From NCBI RefSeq assembly GCF_000025125.1, contig NC_013771.1:930001-962000 (forward strand): a stretch of DNA of 32,000 bases, read 5' to 3'. Position 1 is the first letter of the stretch, and each line of letters starts with the position of its first letter. This DNA comes from Candidatus Atelocyanobacterium thalassa isolate ALOHA (GTDB lineage Bacteria; Cyanobacteriota; Cyanobacteriia; Cyanobacteriales; Microcystaceae). The notes beneath the pieces are model-generated. The model made no database searches and had not been told where the DNA came from. It was given only the letters and a program-made list of their open reading frames with translations. This document shows positions 7,852 through 17,170 of this stretch, piece by piece. A program made the position numbers and the translations under genes.

Positions 7852-10019
7852 TTCTAAACAATATATCTAGATTTATAAGCCAATTAATACATAGAAATCG
7901 TACAAGTTTTAAAATTATAATCTTATATGGTGTTATTGCTCTATCGCTAATGGCGCCAATGGCTTCATCGACAATCATTCCTTCTATTAATGACACTCCT
8001 TCCCACGTAAGCTATATTGTACAAGCGCGACAAGCTATTAACGAAGGGCAATTTCCTCTCCGTATTGCTCCTTTAGAAAATAATAGTTGGAGATATCCAG
8101 GATTTCAATTTTATAGTCAATTACCTTATTTTGTAGGTGGATGGTTCTATAAACTATTTACCCCTAATAATCCATACTATGCATATAAGTTAGTCATCAT
8201 AACTGCACTTGTTATGGGAGGATTATATGTTTACTTTTTAAGTCTTAAACTTACCAGATCTCGCGTAGCATCTATTTTAAGTGGAGTTGCTTATATGTCA
8301 GCTCCATATTTTTTAAATAATATTCATGCGAGAGGAGCTTTTACTGAGGCAGTTGCTCAAGGTATCCTTCCTATTGTTATTTATTATGTTATCGAATGTT
8401 ATTTAACTAGAAAAAAACGTTACCTCATTTTAAGTGCATTAAGCTGGTTTTGCTTAAGTGTTACTCATATAATAACTTTTATTTATGGGACAATTTTTAT
8501 TTTTTTTCTATTCATGGTTGTTACTGCTCAAACGAAAAAAAACAAACTGGATTTCCCCCGTATTTTAAGTGCATTAAAAGCCTATACATTAGGTTGTTTG
8601 CTAGGGTTGTACTTTCTTGCTCCTGTCGTAGTTGTTTCTCCATATCTTTCTATTCGAAAACAAATTAAGGCTATTAATCCTTTCGGAACTAATACTTATA
8701 CACCCATAGCAAATTTGTTCTCTCCTACATCGCTACCAGCTGCACCATCAGAAAACGGTTTGGCAGCCACTTACGGGCTTCATCCAGCCATTGGTTGGAT
8801 ATTTCTAATTGCTTTTAGCGTAGTACTGTACTACAAGTATTTTTCTTCTTTTAATCCACCTAAATTAAAGCTTATCAAGCCATATATTGATGGATTACTA
8901 TGTGTATTTGTACTCGCATTATTTCTAACTTGGAGTCCTATCAATATATGGAATATTTTACCGCGACAACTATGGGTAACTCAATTTACGTTTCGTTTTA
9001 TTACTCATATAATGTGGGCTGGAGCATTATTAACGGCATATGCGATTGTTCTTATTTTTCGCGAAAAACTTGATCGTCGTCATCTAATTGTTGGAATATT
9101 ATTGATTATTCTCGTTGGACGTTCTTGGCTTCCTGCTCCAAGAGGAACTTTAACTGTTAGTAAATTAATCGAAGAACCCTTATTTAAATATTCTGGATCG
9201 TTAGATTATTTATATCGTACTCCTGTAAAATCTATTTATGGGAAAAATGAATTACCTTTATTACATCCAGAATGGATTCCTGGATATAGTACATGGAATA
9301 CTTTTGTTAATCATCCTTTAATTCTTGATGCAGAATTACGATATCCTATATGGAAGGAAGAAGAAAATCCCATCATCTTCTTAGAAGCAGAGCTTTCTTC
9401 AGTGGATACTGAATATCCTAGCACTTTAGAAGCCTATATTGATGGTAGAAAGATAAGCTCTATATCTCTTAATTCTTCTAAGCTTAATTGGCAAATTCCT
9501 CTACCTAAAACTTCACCATCTAGTAAAGATTTTGGATTAAAATTTACACTAACCAATATTCATAAAGATAAGGAACTTCCAAATATTAGAGTTAACCGAT
9601 TCTTTCTAGAAGGAATGTCTCCTAAAAATACGATAATGCCGGTTTCGGAAACACAGCAGTTTTGTAAACAAGAAGGTATTAACACTATCTGTGAACTTGT
9701 AATTGAAGAAGAAGATCAAATAGTTCAACTTCCTGTTCTTTACTACCCAGATATGTTCAAAGTATGGATTGATAATAAATTATCCAAAGAAGCCTTCTCA
9801 ATTAATTATCGAGACTATAACTTAGTGGGCTTAAAACTTAAAACAGGTAACCACACAATAAGAACTACTTTTAATGGTTTAGCCTGGGCTAACTGGATAA
9901 GTGGATTAACTTGGCTGATCTTAATTTTTTATACTGGTGTACCTTTGTATCAAAATTTTAAGAAAGAAAATTCAAAATTTCAAAATTATCTTTATTTTAT
10001 AAAATCAAAGAAAAAATAA
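7848..10019 (+). CDS. 723-aa polytopic membrane protein with large C-terminal extracytoplasmic domain; GT-C-like/YfhO-like, function unknown
   Basis: The ATG overlaps the upstream stop (ATGA at 7848-7851). There are about a dozen hydrophobic segments. The first loop reads NDTPSHVSYIVQARQAINEGQFPLRIAPLENNSWRYPGFQFYSQLPYF. Residues ~430-690 are hydrophilic, and a terminal TM helix follows (WANWISGLTWLILIFYTGV). Confidence 0.55.
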   Translation: MILNNISRFISQLIHRNRTSFKIIILYGVIALSLMAPMASSTIIPSINDTPSHVSYIVQARQAINEGQFPLRIAPLENNSWRYPGFQFYSQLPYFVGGWFYKLFTPNNPYYAYKLVIITALVMGGLYVYFLSLKLTRSRVASILSGVAYMSAPYFLNNIHARGAFTEAVAQGILPIVIYYVIECYLTRKKRYLILSALSWFCLSVTHIITFIYGTIFIFFLFMVVTAQTKKNKLDFPRILSALKAYTLGCLLGLYFLAPVVVVSPYLSIRKQIKAINPFGTNTYTPIANLFSPTSLPAAPSENGLAATYGLHPAIGWIFLIAFSVVLYYKYFSSFNPPKLKLIKPYIDGLLCVFVLALFLTWSPINIWNILPRQLWVTQFTFRFITHIMWAGALLTAYAIVLIFREKLDRRHLIVGILLIILVGRSWLPAPRGTLTVSKLIEEPLFKYSGSLDYLYRTPVKSIYGKNELPLLHPEWIPGYSTWNTFVNHPLILDAELRYPIWKEEENPIIFLEAELSSVDTEYPSTLEAYIDGRKISSISLNSSKLNWQIPLPKTSPSSKDFGLKFTLTNIHKDKELPNIRVNRFFLEGMSPKNTIMPVSETQQFCKQEGINTICELVIEEEDQIVQLPVLYYPDMFKVWIDNKLSKEAFSINYRDYNLVGLKLKTGNHTIRTTFNGLAWANWISGLTWLILIFYTGVPLYQNFKKENSKFQNYLYFIKSKKK

Positions 10020-10076
10020 ATACATTACTTTTGTTCCTCAAACGAATTTTCAACTTGTGTTTACATTGATAAATTT

Positions 10077-10802
10077 TTACCAATTAAAAAATACTTTGAT
10101 AAAAAACTTAGGAATTATTAACATACGTTTCCAACGCCAAGGTTCTTGATAGAGTCTAAATAACCATTCTAAGTTATTATTTTGCAACCACAGAGGAGCC
10201 CGAGATTTATTTTCTGACCATATATCAAAGCTTCCCCCAACTCCTATCCAAACAGATTCAGGGCATAAGTTTTTATTTTCATAAATCCATTTTTCTTGTT
10301 GAGGAACTCCTAGCCCAACTAGTATTAACTTAGGCTGTTTTGTAAATAATGTTTTTTTCCATTCCTCTTCTTCCGCAGAAGATAAGTATCCATGCCTTGT
10401 CAAGATATCGATCTGCGGAATTCTTTGTAACCACTTTTCTGCTGATCTTTTAGCCACTTCGGGCTTTCCACCGTAGAAGGCGATTAAACATTTATTTTTT
10501 TCAGAACCTAATGTTTTGATTAAAGTCTCTGCTAGTTGAATACCTGGACAACGTTCTTGATAAATTCCATTAAGTCTTAAAGATAAAGTTATTCCTGCAC
10601 CATCAGGAATAACTAATTGTGAACTTTCAATAATTTTTGCAAGTTTACTATCCTGGTTTGCTAGCATTGCCATTTCGGCATTGAGAGTAACAACATGAAT
10701 TCCTTTGTGTTCTTCAAGACACTCTATTAACCATCCAGCATAATCAATAGACAAATGAACAGGCAAACCAATGATCAAGGAAGATTTTATAGGTAATGGC
10801 AT
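10077..10802 (-). CDS. WecB/TagA/CpsF-family glycosyltransferase (GT26)
   Basis: Blocks VTLNAEM, VIPDGAGI, GLGVPQQEKWI, GVGGSFD and RAPLWL..LEWLFRL..EPWRWKRM are GT26 hallmarks. Confidence 0.85.
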   Translation of the reverse strand: MPLPIKSSLIIGLPVHLSIDYAGWLIECLEEHKGIHVVTLNAEMAMLANQDSKLAKIIESSQLVIPDGAGITLSLRLNGIYQERCPGIQLAETLIKTLGSEKNKCLIAFYGGKPEVAKRSAEKWLQRIPQIDILTRHGYLSSAEEEEWKKTLFTKQPKLILVGLGVPQQEKWIYENKNLCPESVWIGVGGSFDIWSENKSRAPLWLQNNNLEWLFRLYQEPWRWKRMLIIPKFFIKVFFNW

Positions 10803-11014
10803 TACTTAATTAAGATAAGGAAAACTAAGTTGTTAATATACAGTAAACATCAAATAAAAACTAATTTCTAATAATAATTATTTACTTAAGCTACCTTAAG
10901 CGACTCCAATAAGTATTAGTAATCATCTTTTGGATATGACAAGAATATAAAATTCTAAAAGTTAAATTAGAAATTAGTGTTAATAAAAAAAATCTTAATT
11001 TTAATTCAATTGTA

Positions 11015-11044
11015 TTGACATATATCATTTTTTTTTGATATGGT
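11015..11044 (+). promoter_or_regulatory. Candidate sigma70-type promoter for the str operon
   Basis: TTGACA (11015-11020), an 18-nt spacer, then TATGGT (11039-11044), about 70 nt upstream of the rpsL ATG. This is a pattern match only. Confidence 0.3.
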
Positions 11045-11113
11045 GAGAGTTTGTCAGCTATCTTTACTAATTGATAGCTTTTTGGCACTTTTTCTCTATA
11101 TAAAATCTATTTT

Positions 11114-11488
11114 ATGCCTACTATTCAGCAGCTAATTCGGAGTGAACGCTCCAAAGCAAAAAAGAAAACTAAATCTCCAGCACTCAAGCAATGCCCTCAA
11201 CGTCGAGGAGTTTGCACTAGAGTCTATACTACCACTCCTAAAAAGCCCAACTCTGCTCTAAGAAAAGTAGCTAGGGTCCGCTTAACTTCAGGGTTTGAAG
11301 TAACAGCCTATATACCAGGAATTGGACATAACTTACAAGAACACTCTGTTGTTTTAATTCGTGGAGGTAGAGTTAAAGACTTACCTGGTGTTCGTTATCA
11401 TATTATTCGTGGAACTTTAGATGCTCAAGGAGTAAAAGATAGAAAACAAGGACGCTCTAAATATGGAGCTAAACGTCCTAAAGCTTAG
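11114..11488 (+). CDS. rpsL: 30S ribosomal protein S12
   Basis: MPTIQQLIR...[16 protein letters not shown]...[14 protein letters not shown] is an unmistakable S12 sequence. Confidence 0.98.
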   Translation: MPTIQQLIRSERSKAKKKTKSPALKQCPQRRGVCTRVYTTTPKKPNSALRKVARVRLTSGFEVTAYIPGIGHNLQEHSVVLIRGGRVKDLPGVRYHIIRGTLDAQGVKDRKQGRSKYGAKRPKA

Positions 11489-11505
11489 ATTATATCTTTG
11501 AAACT

Positions 11506-11525
11506 ATAGATCTACTAAGATCTAT
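11506..11525 (+). promoter_or_regulatory. 8-bp stem-loop in the 97-nt rpsL-rpsG intercistronic spacer
   Basis: ATAGATCT, ACTA, AGATCTAT form a perfect 8-bp stem with a 4-nt loop. The position is analogous to the S12-S7 spacer that carries the S7 translational operator in E. coli. Confidence 0.3.
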
Positions 11526-11585
11526 CGATGATTTGGTTGATAGAATCGTTTAACAGTTTTAATTATTCAAAAGGAAGAATTTATT

Positions 11586-12056
11586 ATGTCCCGTAGAGGA
11601 AATATTAAAAGAAAACCGGTACCACCTGATCCAGTTTATAGTAGCTGTTTACTTAATATGACTATCCGTCGAGTAATGAAAAGTGGTAAGAAATCAGTTG
11701 CTGCAGGTATTGTATACGAAGCTATGAAAACTATTGGGGAACGGACTGGGAAAGAACCTCTCGAAGTTTTCGAGCAAGCCATAAAGAATTTAACTCCACT
11801 TGTAGAAGTTAAAGCTCGAAGAGTAGGTGGAGCAACTTATCAAGTACCTATGGAAGTTCGTCCATCTAGAGGAACAACATTAGCATTAAGATGGCTAATT
11901 CGTTATTCTAGAATCAGAGGTGGACGCACTATGGCGGGCAAATTAGCGAATGAGATTGTTGATGCTTTTAATGAAACAGGCGCAGCAATGAAGAAACGTG
12001 ATGAAACTCATCGCATGGCTGATGCAAATAAAGCTTTTGCTCACTATCGTTATTGA
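11586..12056 (+). CDS. rpsG: 30S ribosomal protein S7
   Basis: 156 aa with MSRRG...PDPVY...[19 protein letters not shown]...[10 protein letters not shown]. Confidence 0.98.
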   Translation: MSRRGNIKRKPVPPDPVYSSCLLNMTIRRVMKSGKKSVAAGIVYEAMKTIGERTGKEPLEVFEQAIKNLTPLVEVKARRVGGATYQVPMEVRPSRGTTLALRWLIRYSRIRGGRTMAGKLANEIVDAFNETGAAMKKRDETHRMADANKAFAHYRY

Positions 12057-12213
12057 TAGTACTTATTTAGCATTTTTATTCAATAACTTCTTCCTAAGAT
12101 TGTTCTACTATAAATTCTTTGAGAGAAATATAAAAATTATAAGTAGTATAAATCTATTAAATAGTAAAGATCAAAAGAATAAAAATGCTTAAGTAAACTA
12201 TAAGGAGGACGTT

Positions 12214-14310
12214 TTGACACGTAATATCCCACTAGAAAAGGTACGGAATATTGGAATTGCTGCGCATATAGATGCTGGCAAAACTACAACAACTGAACGT
12301 ATTCTTTTCTATACAGGAATCGCACATAAACTAGGTGAAGTCCATGAAGGCACAGCTATTATGGATTGGATGGTACAAGAGCAGGAAAGGGGTATAACAA
12401 TTACAGCTGCTGCTATTAGTACCAATTGGCTAAATCATCGAGTTAACATTATAGATACTCCAGGACATGTAGATTTCACAATTGAAGTTGAACGTTCTAT
12501 GAGAGTACTAGATGGAGTAGTAGCTATATTCTGTGCAGTGGGAGGTGTTCAACCTCAATCTGAGACTGTCTGGAGACAGGCAAATCGTTATGAAGTTCCT
12601 CGTATAATCTTTATCAATAAGATGGATCGTACTGGAGCCAATTTCTATAAAGTTCATAAGCAAATATGTGATCGTCTAAAAACTAATATTATTCCAATTC
12701 AAATACCTATCGGTAATGAAAGCAATTTTTCCGGCATTGTAGATCTAATAAGAATGAGAGCTAAAATCTATAAAGATGACTTAGGAGAGAATATCGAAGA
12801 TATTGAAATTCCTTCTGAATATTTAGAAAAAGCTCAGGAATATCGTTCTAAATTAATCGAAGCAGTTGCTGAAATTGATGAAACTTTATTAGAAAAATAT
12901 TTAGAAGGAATAGAGTTAACAGAAATAGAAATTAAAGAGGGTCTTAGAAGAGGTACCTTAGAACGCTCTATCATACCTTTATTGTGTGGTTCAGCTTTTA
13001 AGAATAAAGGAATTCAGTTATTGCTAGATGCTGTTATAGAATATTTACCATCTCCTCTTGATGTCCCTTCAATTAAAGGCTTATTACCTGACAATATAGA
13101 AGGTTGTCGATTAAGCTCTGATGATGAGCCATTTTCTGCTCTTGTTTTTAAGATCGCTTCTGATCCTTATGGTCGCTTGACTTTTATACGTGTTTATTCC
13201 GGAGTTTTGAAAAAAGGAAGTTTTGTTTACAATGCAGCAAAAAAACAAAAAGAAAGAATTTCACGTTTAATTGTTCTTAAATCTAATGATCGTATTGAAG
13301 TAGATGAGTTGAGAGCAGGAGATTTAGGTGCTATTATTGGCCTAAAAAAGACAACTACGGGTGATACTTTATGTGATGAGGATCAACCTATACTTTTAGA
13401 ATCTTTGTATATTCCTGAACCAGTAATTTCTGTGGCAATAGAAACTCAAACTAAACAGGAATTAGAAAAACTTTCTAAGGCTCTCCAATCTTTATCTGAT
13501 GAAGATCCGACATTTCGAGTTAGCATCAATCCTGAGACTAATCAAACTGTCATAGCAGGGATGGGAGAACTACATTTAGAGATTCTCGTCGATAGGATGT
13601 TGCGTGAATATAAACTTGAAGCAAGTATTGGAAAACCTCAAGTTGCTTACCGTGAAACTATTTTGAAGCCAAGTAAAACTGAAGAAAAGTATATACGCGA
13701 AAATAGTGGTAAAAATCATTATGCTCATATTGTAATTCAGGTAGAACCGACTAAGAGAGGTAGCGGTTTTGAGTTTGTTTCAACAGTTACTAATGGTATT
13801 ATTCCAAAAGAGTTTATTGCTTCAGCTAAAGAAGGTATTAGAGAAACTTGTGATTCAGGAATTCTTGCTGGCTATCCACTAACAGATATTAAAGTAACTC
13901 TGTTAGATGGATCATTTCATGAAGTTGATTCCTCAGAAATATCTTTCAAAATTGCTGGTTCAATGGCTATTCGTAGTACAGTAATGAAATCTTTTCCAGT
14001 ACTATTAGAACCTATGATGAAGATTGAAGTAGATATTCCCAATAATTTTTTAGGAGATATAATTGGAGATCTAAATGCTCGTCGAGGTCAAGTTAACGGA
14101 ATGATAGCTGAAGATGATCTTACAAAAGTCTCTGCAAACGTTCCTCTAGCAGAAATGTTTGGTTATGCGACTGATATAAGATCAAAAACACAAGGTCGAG
14201 GGGTATTCTCAATGGAATTCAACCATTATGTGGAAGTCCCTCATGACATCGCTAAAGCGATAATTATGCAAAATACAGGGAACACTTATAGCAGTGAAGA
14301 CTATCAATGA
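12214..14310 (+). CDS. fusA: Elongation factor G
   Basis: [34 protein letters not shown] and NKMDR G-motifs over the full 698 aa. TTG start at 12214, 5 nt after AAGGAGG (12202-12208). Confidence 0.97.
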   Translation: MTRNIPLEKVRNIGIAAHIDAGKTTTTERILFYTGIAHKLGEVHEGTAIMDWMVQEQERGITITAAAISTNWLNHRVNIIDTPGHVDFTIEVERSMRVLDGVVAIFCAVGGVQPQSETVWRQANRYEVPRIIFINKMDRTGANFYKVHKQICDRLKTNIIPIQIPIGNESNFSGIVDLIRMRAKIYKDDLGENIEDIEIPSEYLEKAQEYRSKLIEAVAEIDETLLEKYLEGIELTEIEIKEGLRRGTLERSIIPLLCGSAFKNKGIQLLLDAVIEYLPSPLDVPSIKGLLPDNIEGCRLSSDDEPFSALVFKIASDPYGRLTFIRVYSGVLKKGSFVYNAAKKQKERISRLIVLKSNDRIEVDELRAGDLGAIIGLKKTTTGDTLCDEDQPILLESLYIPEPVISVAIETQTKQELEKLSKALQSLSDEDPTFRVSINPETNQTVIAGMGELHLEILVDRMLREYKLEASIGKPQVAYRETILKPSKTEEKYIRENSGKNHYAHIVIQVEPTKRGSGFEFVSTVTNGIIPKEFIASAKEGIRETCDSGILAGYPLTDIKVTLLDGSFHEVDSSEISFKIAGSMAIRSTVMKSFPVLLEPMMKIEVDIPNNFLGDIIGDLNARRGQVNGMIAEDDLTKVSANVPLAEMFGYATDIRSKTQGRGVFSMEFNHYVEVPHDIAKAIIMQNTGNTYSSEDYQ

Positions 14311-14371
14311 ATTATCAATGATAAAGTGTTACTGTTTAAAACAAAGAAAACAACAAAGGAAATTTTAGTTT

Positions 14372-15601
14372 ATGGCAAGAGAGAAATTTGAAAGAAACAA
14401 ACCTCATGTTAATATTGGGACCATTGGTCATGTTGACCACGGTAAAACAACTTTAACAGCTGCGATTACAATGACTTTAGCTGCTGCCGGTAATGCTAAA
14501 GCTCGCAATTATGAAGATATTGATGCAGCGCCTGAAGAAAAAGCCCGTGGTATTACTATTAATACTGCTCACGTTGAATATGAGACAGCGAACCGTCACT
14601 ACGCTCACGTTGATTGCCCTGGTCATGCTGATTATGTAAAAAACATGATCACTGGAGCAGCACAAATGGATGGAGGTATTCTAGTTGTTTCTGCTGCTGA
14701 TGGTCCTATGCCACAAACACGTGAACATATTCTACTAGCTAAACAAGTAGGAGTTCCCAGTCTAGTAGTTTTTTTGAATAAACAAGATCAAGTAGACGAT
14801 GAAGAACTTTTAGAACTTGTTGAACTAGAAGTTAGAGAATTACTTAGTGAATATGATTTCCCAGGAGATGACATTCCTATAGTTTCTGGTTCAGCTTTAA
14901 TGGCGATAGAAGCACTTAAGGAGAACGCCAAAATCAAACCAGGTGAAAATCCTTGGACAGATAAAATATTAGCACTTATGGAAGCTGTAGATGCTAGCAT
15001 CTCTGAACCAGAAAGAGAAATCGATAAACCATTTTTAATGGCAGTAGAAGATGTATTTTCTATCTCTGGCCGTGGAACCGTAGCTACCGGAAGAATTGAG
15101 CGTGGTAAAGTAAAAGTAGGCGAAACCGTTTCCATCGTAGGTATTAGAGATACTCAGACTACTACTGTTACCGGTGTAGAGATGTTTCAAAAAACTCTTG
15201 ATGAAGGTCTAGCAGGAGATAATGTTGGTCTTCTATTAAGAGGTAGCAAAAAAGACGATATTGAACGAGGAATGGTAATAGCTAAAACTGACTCTATTAC
15301 TCCTCATACCTTATTTGAAGGGGAAGTATATGTCTTAACTAAAGAAGAAGGTGGTCGTCACACCCCATTCTTTAAAAATTATCGTCCTCAGTTTTATGTA
15401 CGTACCACTGACGTAACAGGAACCATTCAAGATTATACTGCTGATGACGGTACAGCTGTTGAAATGGTAATGCCTGGAGATCGCATTAAAATGACTGTTG
15501 AATTAATCAGTGCTATTGCTATTGAGCAAGGAATGCGTTTTGCAATTCGTGAAGGAGGTCGTACAATTGGTGCAGGAGTCGTTTCTAAAATTCTTAAATA
15601 A
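14372..15601 (+). CDS. tufA: Elongation factor Tu
   Basis: [28 protein letters not shown]..., [12 protein letters not shown]; 409 aa. Confidence 0.98.
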   Translation: MAREKFERNKPHVNIGTIGHVDHGKTTLTAAITMTLAAAGNAKARNYEDIDAAPEEKARGITINTAHVEYETANRHYAHVDCPGHADYVKNMITGAAQMDGGILVVSAADGPMPQTREHILLAKQVGVPSLVVFLNKQDQVDDEELLELVELEVRELLSEYDFPGDDIPIVSGSALMAIEALKENAKIKPGENPWTDKILALMEAVDASISEPEREIDKPFLMAVEDVFSISGRGTVATGRIERGKVKVGETVSIVGIRDTQTTTVTGVEMFQKTLDEGLAGDNVGLLLRGSKKDDIERGMVIAKTDSITPHTLFEGEVYVLTKEEGGRHTPFFKNYRPQFYVRTTDVTGTIQDYTADDGTAVEMVMPGDRIKMTVELISAIAIEQGMRFAIREGGRTIGAGVVSKILK

Positions 15602-15613
15602 AACGACTAAATG

Positions 15614-15665
15614 GTAAGAGTCGGCTAGTACGAAGATAAATTACCTCTTGCTAGCCAACTCTTAC
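15614..15665 (+). terminator. Stem-loop between tufA and rpsJ (partial terminator or attenuator)
   Basis: GTAAGAGTCGGCTAG (15614-15628) pairs with CTAGCCAACTCTTAC (15651-15665). That gives 15 positions with one C/A mismatch and a 22-nt loop, followed by TTTAAAATTT. Confidence 0.45.
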
Positions 15666-15712
15666 TTTAAAATTTCATTTAACTAATCACTGAACCTTGA
15701 AAATTAAACATT

Positions 15713-16030
15713 ATGGCTACTTTAGCACAACAAAAAATCCGTATTCGATTAAAAGCATTTGACCGTCGTTTGTTGGACACCTCTTGCGAAAAAATTGTTG
15801 ATACAGCCAATCGTACTGATGCAATAGCAGTAGGGCCTATTCCTTTGCCTACCAAGAAGCGTATTTATTGCGTCTTGAGATCACCCCATGTTGATAAAGA
15901 TTCAAGAGAACATTTTGAAACTAGAACACATCGTCGCATTATTGATATTTATCAACCTTCATCTAAAACCATTGATGCACTAATGAAACTAGACCTACCT
16001 GCAGGAGTAGAAATCGAAGTTAAACTCTAA
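15713..16030 (+). CDS. rpsJ: 30S ribosomal protein S10
   Basis: [11 protein letters not shown]...[22 protein letters not shown]; 105 aa. rpsJ following tufA is the usual cyanobacterial/plastid arrangement. Confidence 0.97.
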   Translation: MATLAQQKIRIRLKAFDRRLLDTSCEKIVDTANRTDAIAVGPIPLPTKKRIYCVLRSPHVDKDSREHFETRTHRRIIDIYQPSSKTIDALMKLDLPAGVEIEVKL

Positions 16031-16053
16031 ATTTCAATATATGGAAATGAATA

Positions 16054-16095
16054 TCTAGCTAAATAGAAGTAATTTTAAACTCCTATTTAGCTAGA
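16054..16095 (+). terminator. Stem-loop downstream of rpsJ (str operon 3' end)
   Basis: TCTAGCTAAATAGAAG (16054-16069) pairs with CTCCTATTTAGCTAGA (16080-16095). There are 13 perfect bp, one mismatch and then 2 bp, with a 10-nt loop. It starts 24 nt after the rpsJ stop. Confidence 0.5.
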
Positions 16096-16269
16096 AAATT
16101 AAATGTGGAATTCTTCCTGTACTAGAATTAAGAAAAAAATAATCTTGTAACAAATATATTAATGACTCTTTATAAGACTTCAAAGATAATTCTATTCTTC
16201 TAGACCTTGGTTAAAACTTATATAATAACTAACATTGAATATTTTTGACTTGTTAGAATTTAGTCTTAA

Positions 16270-16962
16270 CTAAAGTAACTGAAGATGACAAAACCATATT
16301 AGAATTATAAATCCACATACTCCAATATAAGCAGGTCTTGAAAATTCATTTAGGACCAACGATTGACGGCCATCTAAAACAGCTAAAAACGGAATTATTG
16401 AAGTTTTTTGTTTTATACAAATAAATTGTTCTCCATAAAGTTTTTCAAGACGATAATCTCCATGCCATATTGCAAATAAATGATAAGCAATTAAACTTAA
16501 GGAGGTAATAATAGTAAAACTACTACCAATCCACAAAGTATGAGCGATACACCATATTATTTGCCCTATCATTTGAGGATGACGACAAATTCTTAAAATT
16601 CCTGTCTCGTGTAAATGTACTTTAGGCTTACTAATAGCAGCAATTTCTAAAAGATTAAAAGTAGATGGATATAAGAAAAGAAATGATATCGCAGAAAGTA
16701 ACCAAACTATAATCTTAACTGCTAAAAATTCTTGAAATTGCCACAAAATCAAACCATCATAACGATGGTAAAAAAAGTAAACAACTAAAATAATAGCTAG
16801 AGGAAGATTCACTAAGACAAAAAAAATCCTATAAAGTCTTACTCCGATTTTAGCTTCTCCCCATGACCTTAAAGCTGCCAGACCACTATGCACAATACCA
16901 AATACTAATAATAATCCCAATATAATAAAATGACTTGCTGTTAGCCACATAGTTAGTTTCAT
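16270..16962 (-). CDS. NnrU-family integral membrane protein (Z-ISO-related)
   Basis: About six hydrophobic helices. HSGLAALR near the N-terminus and CRHPQMIGQIIWCIAHTLW ... HGDYRLEKLYGEQF resemble NnrU-domain proteins. Confidence 0.55.
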   Translation of the reverse strand: MKLTMWLTASHFIILGLLLVFGIVHSGLAALRSWGEAKIGVRLYRIFFVLVNLPLAIILVVYFFYHRYDGLILWQFQEFLAVKIIVWLLSAISFLFLYPSTFNLLEIAAISKPKVHLHETGILRICRHPQMIGQIIWCIAHTLWIGSSFTIITSLSLIAYHLFAIWHGDYRLEKLYGEQFICIKQKTSIIPFLAVLDGRQSLVLNEFSRPAYIGVCGFIILIWFCHLQLL

Positions 16963-17170
16963 ATTTTTATAACCAATTCATATAATATTAAATGAATTTA
17001 TTTATTAACCTATTTTAATATCTTAGAATATATTAATTTCTGTGCTATCTTACTGTCGTATTTAATTAAATTTTTCTTTTTTTAAAACTTTTATACTAAA
17101 AACGTCATGTAATTATTAATTATTCTAGTTGCTCTTTATACTGACTCTTTAAGTATTTTTTGATAATTTT

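Noticed and set aside
2493-10802. Horizontal-transfer origin of the glycosylation island, inferred from its low GC
   Set aside because: Only the GT39-like gene is extreme, and neighbouring island genes sample at normal GC. There are no flanking tRNA, integrase or repeat boundaries. A hydrophobic, AT-codon-rich composition can explain the bias.
10891-11088. 65-aa minus-strand ORF upstream of rpsL
   Set aside because: It lies in the AT-rich str promoter region, has a low-complexity translation and overlaps the candidate promoter.
5025-12192. Short track ORFs 5025..5225(+), 6573..6785(-), 8450..8668(+) and 11998..12192(+); also 30829..31035(+) further downstream
   Set aside because: Each is embedded in or overlaps a well-supported longer gene in another frame or strand, or lies in the rpsG-fusA spacer. 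None has a recognisable motif.
14477-15135. Two antisense ORFs (62 and 115 aa) inside tufA
   Set aside because: These are shadow frames of a highly conserved gene. The translations are S/T-rich and low in complexity.
16975-16998. 7-bp inverted repeat AATTCAT-N10-ATGAATT in the NnrU/rbcR divergent region, as a possible RbcR box
   Set aside because: It is too short to be significant in ~25% GC intergenic DNA, and I have no consensus to compare it with.
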